DNA of 45,526 nt from assembly GCA_049999805.1 (NCBI GenBank), contig JBNGIO010006183.1, forward strand, positions 186,414 through 231,939, written 5' to 3'. Made by a program: the position numbers and the translations under genes. Every line of letters starts with the position of its first letter. Position 1 is the first letter of the stretch. The notes under the pieces were generated by a model. That model had not been told where the DNA came from. It did no database searches and saw only the letters and a program-made list of their open reading frames with translations. Shown piece after piece: positions 1 through 10,460 of the stretch. The DNA comes from Folioceros fuciformis (taxonomy: Eukaryota).

Positions 1-249
1 CCGTTGGCGCCATTAAGAGGCCGCTGCCCTCGGCCAGAGAATCTCCTACCGCGCCAAAGGCACTGCTCCAAACTCCTCGAATCATTCCACAATATTAATT
101 TCTCTTTGCTCAACCTTCTATTCTTCCAGGACGGGGACGAGGACGGCTCCGGCTCCGGTTCCGGTTCCGGCTCCGGCTGCGGCTCCGCCTCTGCCTTCTC
201 GCCACTACAGTACGTCGAACACTACCACCTGAGACTCCGTGTACCACAG

Positions 250-271
250 TAATAATAATAATAATAATAAT
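250..271. repeat. (TAA)n microsatellite
   Basis: taataataataataataataat, about 7 copies. Confidence 0.9.
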
Positions 272-983
272 ATATTAGAGATTTGATTTGATTTTGTATG
301 GGTCTGACCCGTCTCAGATTTTAATTTCAGCTAACACGCCCACCCATTTCTCACACAATTATGTACTACCACTTTCGCCTAAGCTACATACATAATGTAC
401 ATTCATAAACAAAACCCTATGGGCCTATTCCTTATGGTGCTTCTCTAAGTAAGAAGAGTAAGCATCGCAAATAAACAGGATCCTTCATTTCCTACACCTA
501 CGGCCAACATAATCATTTTTCCTTCAGAAAAAAGAGAGTGCGGCAGTCCTGGTCTACCACCTCCTCCACCACTTGCTTGTTTCTCCTGCATACCACGACT
601 CTTTTTCAGCCCAAGGAAGGATGGCTTGTCTTTTAAGAGCAACGACTTTCTAATCCCATCCCCATAATGCACTTATTGATTTGCTCCTATTGATTTCACT
701 TCACGCACGTGTGAAGAAAATTTAAAATATGGTAGGTACAAAAAGCAATCGATTTATAATTACAAGACCTAAGAAATAAGAACATAATTTAACGTCCCAA
801 AAAAGAAAAACAAGAAGGGACAGGCAAGGGGGTGGGTGGGTGGATCCATCAAACGATCAACAACTTTTCCATCAGCCATGGAAATTATGTGTGCAGGGGC
901 TGCACTGGGCGGCATGGCTGGCTACTGCCTCTTCATCCGGAGTTGGTAGGCGTGTAAGTTGTTCCCTCGCCGCACGGTGATGA

Positions 984-1048
984 GACAACATGTTAAGAAG
1001 CCCCCAACACCTTCGACAACATGTTAAGAAGCCCCCAACACCTTCGAC
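984..1048. repeat. Perfect 31-bp tandem duplication
   Basis: gacaacatgttaagaagcccccaacaccttc at 984-1014 and 1015-1045, followed by gac. Confidence 0.9.
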
Positions 1049-1250
1049 GTCACCTGTTGCATACTCACTGTATACATAGATACAACCGGTACAAGTGCAA
1101 GGTGCGCTGCAAACGTTGCATTCCAAGATTCTGTCAGGCTACCTTACGAGACAGGTGGTGCCACACTCCCAAATCCCCCATGGCTATCCATCCGCTTGGT
1201 TGCATTTAAAAGGAAGGCGATAACACTCGTCACATTAATCTTAAAACTCG

Positions 1251-1322
1251 AGGCCCCACCGAGATTCGAACTCGGGCTCTTGGATTCAAAGTCCAATGTC
1301 GTAACCACTAGACTATGGGGCC
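1251..1322 (-). tRNA. tRNA-Gln, anticodon UUG
   Basis: Reverse complement GGCCCCATAGTCTAGTGGTTACGACATTGGACTTTGAATCCAAGAGCCCGAGTTCGAATCTCGGTGGGGCCT. It has a 7-bp acceptor stem, a TTGGA-CTTTGAA-TCCAA anticodon arm and a GTTCGAA T-loop. CAA lies immediately upstream and a TTTT Pol III terminator 4 nt downstream (1243-1246). Confidence 0.96.
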
Positions 1323-1893
1323 TTGGTGATTTGATGCACTTGTCACGTAATCTGATAACTTACATAACAAGAGCACACGTGCCCTCCACAGTTTAGTCCT
1401 CCAATTGTCGAGCGACGGGGACCTTCGGGGTTTTGTCTAGTGTCTGGTTGGTCCCATGTAGTCTAGACAATTTAGGTTGGCAGGTTCGGGGACTGAGACG
1501 CAGCGTCTCAGCGACGCCATCTCATCCACACTGCCACGCGCACTTTCTCCGATTCCTCCCCCCGACCTGCTGGTGTGATGGACTGGGCACCTCATCCAAG
1601 CCACTCCGTTGCCGTTGGAAGCCCAAAGGATCGATGTGACGTAGTTGGCCAGCGTTAGAGTGGAATCGGATATGATGCAGGGTGCCGTTGTTGCCAAGAG
1701 AATGACAATGGCCATCATCACAGGCTCGCAACGCGCCCACGCACCCTTTCACCATATGCATTTACACAGATGGCAAGTGTGTCTGTCCGTGTCTGTCTGT
1801 CTGCCCGCTCCCTGCACTACGTAGACTGTACATGTATGGAGCCTACAAAGAAGGCGTCAGCCGCTGAGAGAGAGGGAATTTCCGCAGCATGGA

Positions 1894-1985
1894 GGCTGGC
1901 TAGAACGAGTCTGTTCTGATCTGCCATGGCTGGCTACAACGAGTATGCTCTGATCTGCCATGGCTGGCTAGAACGAGTCTGCTCC
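1894..1985. repeat. 34-bp tandem repeat, about 2.7 copies
   Basis: Unit ggctggctagaacgagtctgttctgatctgccat starts at 1894, 1928 and 1962, with a few substitutions. Confidence 0.85.
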
Positions 1986-2655
1986 GCCCACTTTCTTCCT
2001 GTCCCTAGCCTTCCGCCACCAGCATTGCGGAATCCACAAACGTTTGTGGAGCGTCGACCCTGTGGAGCACCAGCATGGCGACAACAAAAGGGCAAAAGTC
2101 CTCTCTGCACGCTCCACGCTCCACGGTCCCGGATCGCTTTCAGCATGGAGACTACCACTGTGCAAATGTGTACCCCGTATGGGGACGCCGACTGTATTGA
2201 CGCCAGTATAGAGTGGCAGGGCAAGTGGAGAAATAAAGATGCATATGTATGTGGATGGGGGCCCGGGCTGTGCACCAGTCACCGGCGCTCCGGGCTCCGG
2301 AGGGCCCATTGTAAGGACAGTGCGAGCCCATGTGGGCCGTCGAAACCACGCCGCACTGTGCTCCTTCTGTGGTGCCACGAGTTGGCAGGAATTGCGGGCA
2401 GGGGAGGACGGGAACCACTACCGTCGGGCCAGTAAGAGCAGCATCGTCTGGAGGAAGCGGATCCGGGAGAGGTCCGATGTGCTGAGGGGTGCGGCGCGTC
2501 GGATCCATGTCTGTCAGAAAGCGCTCCTTCACCGCCCAGTCGCCTGGATTCACACCTCCAGATCTCTCCAAGGGCTTGCAGGGGCCGGGGAGATGCGCGC
2601 CTTCGCAGCCTGGACATGGATGCGGGTACAAGTAGCGTGCGGAGGCCGGATTTCG

Positions 2656-5077
2656 ATGCAAGCGGCGGGTATCTTCACCTTGCTGCTTGCATTGCAGGCT
2701 GCGCCGTGGGGCGCGTTGGCTGTCTCCTGCCCCGTGTGCGGGCAGGAGGAAGTGCCATACCCGCTCAGCACAGGGGCAGGGTGCGGGCAGCCGCAGTACC
2801 AGCTGCTATGCCTCAACGGGAGCCTCGTCTTCCCGGCCAAGTCCGGGAACTACCGCGTGCTCAGTGTGCAGGGGTCGTCCCGGACCCTGGTGCTGCAGTC
2901 GCCGAACATCTCGGGGCCGGGCTGTTCGTCCCCGGATCTGCTGCAGGGTGGGCTCACCATTAACGCCGCCTCCCCCTTCTCGCTTTCTGCTGCCAACACC
3001 GTCTTCCTGCTCAACTGCTCCCAACAGATGTTTCTGTCCCCGCTCAACTGCTCCTCCACCAGCCTCTGCCATTCCTATCTGTCTCAGGTGAGGTATGGTG
3101 ATGGAATTCGGTCCATGTTCGATTCCCAGCAGCTCCAGATCTGGTGTGGGCTGGAGTGGTGAGTCTGGGGCCAACGCTGCAGTGGGCTGTGACAGGGCCC
3201 GAGCTCGGCCCTGTCGGAAGGTTGCTCCGCATCCACCAGCCTCATCTGCTGCACCTTCGCGACCGGGGGGTCGACCACCTCCAACGGCCTCCCCTTCCAG
3301 GAAGGAGTCTGTTCAGCGTACGTGAGCGTCGTCGACGTCGACAGCACCCGGACCCCTTCCTCGTGGAAGTATGGCATTCAGCTCACCTGGAGCCCCGCGC
3401 CCTTGCCTCCCTGCACCTTGGGGACGCCGGGCCAGTGCGGCCAGCACTCGCGCTGCCTGACCGTCGGGAGCAACTCCAGCAGGGAGCCTGCCTCCTCTGC
3501 TGTGTGTCAGTGTGAACCAGGATATGTATGGACTGATGGTGTGTGCGTTCCCGGTGAGCACACATCACTCAGTCTGGCAGCTCTGCAATGGCGCTACAAT
3601 TTGGAAATCCGCCGCTGCCCATGCATGCTAACCGTTTGCGTGGCTGCTGATCCTGCTTCTGCTCCTGCCAGGCTGCACGAATGGATCCTGCTCCACGCAC
3701 AAGAGGCGTCTCGTCCTTCCCCTTGCAGGTAAGCTCGTTGAGCAACGTGATATGACTCTGGGTCGTGCTGGCCATCGAGCCCATCTGCCTGACCGCTTGT
3801 GTTGCCAGCAGCAGTGTCGCTGGCATGCTCGCTCTTCTTGGCAGTGAGCATAGTGGTGTCTGCCCTCGCGTGCCGCCGGCAGCGGTTTGTCAAGCAGGTG
3901 GAGTCGGCCAGGATAAAAGAGCTGTCGGACCTGCTCAGCCAGGGTAGCATCGGTAGGGCGGCCAAGCTGTACACGGCCAAGGAGATGAAACGGGCCACCA
4001 ACGGCTTCTCGCCGGACTGTGTGCTGGGGGTAGGCGGCTTCGGCGAGGTCTACAAGGGCCGCCTGGACGACGGCACTCTGGTGGCCGTGAAGACGGCCAA
4101 GATCGGCAACATACGAGGCGAGGAGCAGGTGGTGAACGAGGTGCGCATTCTGTCGCAGGTCAATCATCGGAACTTGGTCCGGCTCTTGGGCTGCTGTGTG
4201 GAGATGACACAGCCGCTGCTGGTGTACGAGTTCGTGCCCAACGGCGCACTGTTGGACCACCTCAGGCCCAACAAGGCGAGTGCTCACGGTGGCCAATTTC
4301 GGGACGTCATCATCCTTCCCTGGGGCCTCCGCCTGCGCATCGCGCTGCAGACAGCGGAGGCTCTGGCCTACCTCCACTCTTCAGCCTCCACGCCCATCTA
4401 CCATCGAGACGTTAAGTCCTCCAACATTCTGCTCGACCGGGACCGCAACGCCAAGGTTTCCGATTTCGGCATCTCCCGCCTCGCCTCCCTCGACCTCACT
4501 CACGTCTCCACCTGCGCGCAGGGAACCCTTGGGTATGTGTCATCTCGACTATGCTTGCGTTTGTGGGCACTATGGGCGTGCGATGTGCTGTCATCTACCA
4601 CAAGCCGACATGACAGGGAACCATGCCTTCTGCGTGTTCTGCAGATATCTAGACCCCGAGTACTACAGAAACTATCAGCTGACGGACAAGAGCGATGTCT
4701 ACTCCTTTGGTGTGGTGCTCCTGGAGCTGGTGAGCTCTCAGCAGGTTATCGACTTCTCCAGGGACCAAGATGATGTTAACCTTGCCATGTATGCCCTCCG
4801 CCAGAATGAGGCCGGGAATCTCATGGACATCGTCGACCCCAACCTGCGAGATGCGTCCTCCCCTACGAGGGACGACACAATTTTGACGGTGACGCGGCTG
4901 GCTCTGCGCTGCCTGCAGCAGTCGCGCCTGGACAGGCCTTCCATGAAGGAGGTTGTGGAGGAGCTGCAGCACCTGGAGGATGTGGAATTTTATGGTCCCC
5001 CGGACACCTGGGGGCCTTTGCCGTCCCAAAGCACAACCACCACCGTCCCCGACTCCCCCTACGATTCCGATGGTTGA
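2656..5077 (+). CDS. Wall-associated receptor kinase-like protein (WAKL15/WAKL20-like), 5 exons
   Basis: Signal peptide MQAAGIFTLLLALQAAPWGALA; Cys-rich GUB_WAK-like ectodomain (CG..EVPYPLSTGAGCGQPQYQLLC); EGF-like segment (CQCEPGYVW); TM helix; RD kinase (GVGGFGEVY, VAVK, HRDVKSSN, DFG, GTLGYLDPEY). Inferred exons: 2656-3087, 3196-3553, 3672-3728, 3809-4532, 4645-5077. Confidence 0.92.
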
Positions 5078-5340
5078 CAATTGTTTCTCGCCTCCGGTTT
5101 ACTGCGCCTCGTGTGCAAAATGGCACTGCAGTGGCTGAAGGATGTATGTACAGACCATGAAACACATGCACTCTAGCATTTAACCAAGACATCCTTGCTT
5201 CTCGAGGCCTCTTACGACTCTGCCTTCGTTACACTTGCGGACAGGTTTCTGGTAGAGGCTCGGGCTAGGGTTCGGACTGTCCTGCACTTCGAAAATGTCA
5301 TTGGAATGCCTTCGTTCGTGTTGAACGAATACCAGCGCGG

Positions 5341-8300
5341 ATGAGGAACAGCCGTATCGGTGGCCACCTGAGGCTGTTGTACGGTAATTCTAGTGTCAAG
5401 CAGGATTCGAGCAAATATCTTGCACCCTTGGTGAGCGCACCCCACGCGGGCCAGGTGATAGTTGGCATGCCTCGTGTTGGCCGAGCAGCTGTAGAGGCAA
5501 TGTTTTGTTGGCTCACCGAGGATGAAATGCAGGGCAGGCTTTACGGCGAAAGTCCGAGTCTACGAAGTGCTTGTGGGAGCAAAGGTTCAGCAAGGTAGTA
5601 TATTTTTCTGTCAGGCATCTGGAACGAAGTTGGGCGGGACATTGAATCCTTGCACCGTTGCAGATCAACCGGAATACTGCGGAGAAGACAACAGAGGAAG
5701 GCTGGTCGCAGGCGGCATGGGTTGATGGCGAATTGGGGCTGCCCGGGTCTCCTGGGCCATGGAAAGCATCAAACCAGCTTGAGTCAGACAGCGGAGCTGA
5801 TTTAAAGAGTCAGAGGTTCAATCTTCTGACTCCGCCCCTTTCCACTGTTTCGATTCAAACCTCGCAGATTGGGTTGTGCTTGTTCAAGGGTGCTTGTTTC
5901 ACCTGTCCTTCATTCTGCAGAGTGGCGAGGCGTAGAATTGCGGCGGAAGAGATTGAAAACTGGAGCAGGTTGTGTGATAGGCAGCTCAATGAAGCCGTGG
6001 ATGTGCTGGACCGCTTGGTGCTGGGGGGTTCTCCTGTCCCTGACATTGTATACTATCATGCCATCAAGGGATGCATTACAAACAGAGATCTGGTGGCTGG
6101 CAGGCGTGTTCATGCTCTTACTCACAAGAGTGGTGGCGAGTCAAAGACATACGTGGCTAACAATATCATACGGATGTATGCGTCTCACGGAAGGTTGGGG
6201 GAAGCCATTCAGGTGTTCATCAAGTTGCCAGAACCAGACACCTTTTCTTGGTTTTTCATCATTTTGGCCCACGCCGACCATGGGAAGCCTGACGAAGCTC
6301 TAAAACTTTATCACCAGATGCGGCGGTCGACTGTTAAGCCAGACAATCATACTTTTGTGGCAGTCCTTAAGGCATGCTCCAGTCTTGGGGATTTGACATC
6401 CGGCAAGCAGGTCCATGCCGATGTTTTGGGGAGTGTGGTCAAGCCGGATGTGTTTGTTGGCAATAGCTTGATAGACATGTATGCAAAGTGTGGCAAAGTG
6501 GGAGACGCTCGTGAAGTCTATGACAAGATGCCGACAAAGAATGTGGTGACTTGGAATGCGTTGCTTGGAGGCTATGTACAGCAGGGACTTGCTCAAGAAG
6601 CCCTTGCCCTCTTTGCGTGCATGCAAGAGCAGGACATGACTTCAGCCAATCACCTTACGTTTGTGTGTTTGTTGAAAGCTTGTGCTAGCATTGGAGCCCT
6701 TCGAGAAGGGAAAGAGCTCCATGCTCAGATCCGGAAAGGAGGATTTGAAGGTGATGTTATGGTGGGCAGCAGCCTGGTGGACATGTATGCAAAATGTGGG
6801 AGTTTGAGTTTTGCTCGACAGCTGTTTGATAGGCTGTCTTCGAGAAATGTGGTGACCTGGACTGCCATGATTGCAGGATACGCCCAGCATGGATTAAGTC
6901 AGGAAGCCATAGCCCTTTATGCAGAAATGCGGCAGGAGGGCTTGGCTGCACGCAATCTTGCCACATTTGTTTCCCTGCTGAAGGCGTTCACAAACATAAG
7001 AGCTTTGCAACAGGGCAAGGATCTCCATCTCCAAATACAGAAAATAGGGGTGGAGGGCAATATGGTTATCGGGAGTTGCCTGGTAGAAATGTATGCAAGA
7101 TGTGGTAGCCTAGATGATGCCCGCAGGCTGTTCGACAGATTGCCCTCACGAGACACAGTGACTTGGAATTCGATGATCTCTGGGTATGCAGAGCAGGGAC
7201 TTGGCCAAGAAGCTCTTGACCTTTATCAAAGCATGCAACAGGATTGCACGATTACACCCAGTTTAGTTACGTACGTCTGCCTGCTCAAGGCATGTGCCAG
7301 CGTTGGAGCTTTAAAGCTGGGTGAGCAGATCCATTCAAAACTTCAACAAGGTGCCATCGAATCTGACCTGGTTGTTGGCAACTGCCTGGTGGACATGTAC
7401 GGAAAGTGTGGAAGCCTGGAGGATGCTCGCAAAGTGTTTGACAGATTGCCTAAGAAGGACGTGATCACATGGACTGCTCTCTTGAATGCCTATGGGCAGC
7501 ATAATGAAGGCTCAAGGGCCATGCAGTGCTTCGAAGAGATGCAGCAATCAGGGCTCACACCCAATGCTGCCACTTTCACTTGTCTTCTCTGTGCCTGCAG
7601 TCATGAAGGCCTGATAATTGAGGGCCGGCGTTATTTCAAAATGATGGTTGAAGACTACGGCATTGCACCCACCGTTGACCATTACAATTGCATGGTCGAC
7701 CTTCTTGGGCGGTCTGGCCACCTTGATGATGCAGAGAATATGTTGCAAGCCATGCCATTTAAGACGGACGTGGTGGGGTGGAGATCCTTGCTAAATGCGT
7801 GCAAAATGTATGCTGATGTTGAGCGGGCAGAGCGTTGCTTCAAACATCTTGTGAAATTGGAACCCAAAGCAGCAGCTTCTTACGTGCTGCTAGCAAACAT
7901 CTACGCAAACGCAGGCAGGTGGAGGGATGCAGAGCACGTAGAAGGCCTGCGGAAGTCAGTAGGTGCTGGCAAGAAGCCTGCAAGGGCCTGGATTGAGGTG
8001 AACAGTAGAGTCCATGGCTTCGTCGTCGGGGAAGAAAGGGACGACATCGCGTCGAAGCTAAGGAGTGTGAATGAGAGGTTGAAGGAGGAAGGCAGCCACG
8101 TCCCGCAAACGGAGTTGGTGCTGAAGCCGTTGTCTGACAGAGAGAAAGAAGATTCTCTGTGTGGACACGCGGAAAAGCTAGCATTGGCTTACGGCCTTCT
8201 GAACACTCCAGACGGTACACCTCTGCTTGTCACCAAAAATCTTCGCATGTGCGACGACTGCCACACTGGGACGAAGACCATGTCAAGGACCGAACAACGA

Positions 8301-8375
8301 GAGATTATAGTTCGTGATGCACACCGTGTTCACCGGTTTGTGAACGGGTTTTGTTCCTGTGGGGATGGGCTTTAA
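5341..8375 (+). CDS. PLS-class PPR protein with E1-E2 and variant DYW:KP deaminase-like domain (candidate U-to-C RNA editing factor)
   Basis: ORF 5658-8375 has 17 P/L/S motifs, E1, E2, then KKPARAWIEV...CGHAEKLA...LRMCDDCH...HRFVNGFCSCGDGL*. The first in-frame ATG (6174) lies inside the PPR array, so the start is on upstream exon(s). Best model: 5341-5430, 5538-5594, 5664-(5815), (5921)-8375. The 5' end is uncertain. Confidence 0.9.
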
Positions 8376-8872
8376 TGAGTGAAGGAATCGTACGTAGGGT
8401 ACTCTTAGGAATCGACATAGCGGCAGGGAGTATGGGCTGTTTTTTCAAGTGTGCAACTGTGTGGTGCAGATGGTCGTCATATTTTGGTGCTATTTAATTG
8501 TCTAAATGGACGGCTGTTGCAGGTTCTTGTTGCACGACGCTGATGGTTCTTTTCAGCGTTCTTCAAGTGACAGTAGCAGGTGTGGGGAGTTAATCAGTGT
8601 GGCTGTTAAAGGTCGGAATTGATGTTGTCGGGTGGAATAAAGATATAAGTATCATGTTGGGGTGCCCTTTGCCTAAGTTGTTAAGACATCAGTTATGACT
8701 CAGTGTGGGGAAGAGAAGATACAGTTCTAGAAGATGAGCATTTGCGCACTGAATTTTTTTGGAGAAATAGACAAACACGGACTTCGAGCTATTTGTACAC
8801 GATATTGAACTGCATGGATTTGAGAGAGCGCAGTGAGCAAGACCGGCAAGGGCAGCCGCGATCTACAGTGGT

Positions 8873-9755
8873 CTAGACTCCGGGAGTGTAGTTGGTGGCG
8901 TACGCCCAGGCATTGTTCACGGTTGGGTTGTCCAAGTGGTCGGCCAGGTTCTCGATGGGGCCCTTGCCGGTGACGATGGCCTGGACGTAGAAGCCGAACA
9001 TGGAAAACATGGCGAGTCTACCATTCTTGAGCTCCTTCACCTTCAATTCGGCGAAGGTGTCGGGGTCGTCGGCCAGGCCGAGGGGATCGAAGGAGCCGCC
9101 GGGGTAGAGGGGATCGGACACCTCGCCCAGAGGTCCTCCGGCCACGCGGTACGCCTCAACAGCGCCCATCAGAATCACCTGGGTAGCCCAGATAGCCAAG
9201 ATGCTCTGCGCGTGCACCAGGCTCGGGTTGCCCAGGTAGTCCAGACCTCCGTCGGAAAAGATCTGGGACCCGGCCTTGAACCACACGCACTCTCCGAAGG
9301 GCACCCCGTTCTTGGCCAGAAGCTCGGGGGTGACGCACCCGAGTGTGCCGAGCATGGCCCAGCGGGCGTGGATCACCTCAAGCTCCCTGTTCCTGGCGAA
9401 GGTCTCGGGGTCGGCGGACAACCCGGCAGTGTCCCAGCCGTAGTCGCCGGGGAACTCTCCCTTCAGGTACGAGGGCGTCTCACCAGAAAACGGGCCCAGC
9501 CACAGGGGACGGTCGGGGCCATACCTGCATCATACCGTACCACGTCAGGCACCGGATACAAGCACCTTCGCGATTGGACACCTGCGCAACGCAATGGGCT
9601 GCTACCCACCAAATGCTAGAGCTGCTGGCGCTCGACTTCCGCATCTGCAGCTTGGACTCGCTAGAGCCGGCAGCGCTAAGGATCTCGCTGCGCTGCCTGA
9701 AGACGCTTTGCCCGGCCAGGGCGGCGCTGGAGGCACATGCTGTGGCGGTGGCCAT
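8873..9755 (-). CDS. Lhcb: Major light-harvesting chlorophyll a/b-binding protein of LHCII (Lhcb1/2/Lhcbm type), 2 exons
   Basis: Transit peptide [16 protein letters not shown]..., then [63 protein letters not shown]. Exons 9755-9610 and 9524-8873, with the intron inside the Trp codon. Confidence 0.97.
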
Positions 9756-10460
9756 CTCTAACTTGTGCAGGGGCGAATTGAATGCAAGGGGCAGAAGCAA
9801 CAACTGGCGACCGAGCTAGCGAGCAACAAGAGTAACTTCGATAAGCATGCGATCCGGGTGCCCGCATTTGTACTCTCCTGCGCGGTAAGCTTTCCGGGAA
9901 ACCCGAGCTCTATCCATGTAGGATAGTAAAACGTTCACAATCCTGCCAAGCCTGTGAGACGACGTTTGTGGGGTAGGCTGTCAGGCGATGCAGCGCTGGT
10001 TGGTTCATGGCCAGGTCCGCATTGCATTCCTACCACAAGACGAGATTCGTGACAAGTGGCCTGATGCGCCAGCCAAGGCCGGCCTCTCAAAAATCAAGCC
10101 TTCCAATCACAGCCAGGGTAATTCCATTCCACGCGAATCCCACGACGGAGTGCATGCTTATGTATGCCCCACACGAGGAGGATTTGTTGCGCCATGCGTT
10201 TTGTGCGTTACATCGCTGCCGCCTGCGAACTTATGTTTTATCCACAGGATGGCACGGGTTTCACGCACCCACAGCAATACTTTTGGTTTAGGTTCTGTCT
10301 ACACATGACGATCAGACACTTGACGAAGACCCCACGGGATGCTGCATCTGAGAGTGCACAGAGTGAGGCTCCTCTGGAGACAGCAACAAGGGAGGCCTAC
10401 GGTGGCCTGGACTGTAATCCCGATTCGTCTCGCGAGTAATAGGCGATCTTGGGTTTGTGA

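Noticed and set aside
4-252. 82-aa ORF with a GSGSGS run; also a possible minus-strand ATG at 13 running off the window
   Set aside because: TTG start, low-complexity hexamer repeat and no recognisable domain; more likely UTR of a gene outside the window, which cannot be verified here
2239-2655. N-terminal extension of ORF 2239-3162 before the WAKL signal peptide
   Set aside because: The signal peptide begins at ATG 2656; the upstream part looks like GC-rich leader that is open by chance
3628-4377. 249-aa antisense ORF over the kinase (likewise 8936-9619 over Lhcb and the antisense ORFs over EIN3)
   Set aside because: Shadow ORFs caused by high GC3 in the real genes
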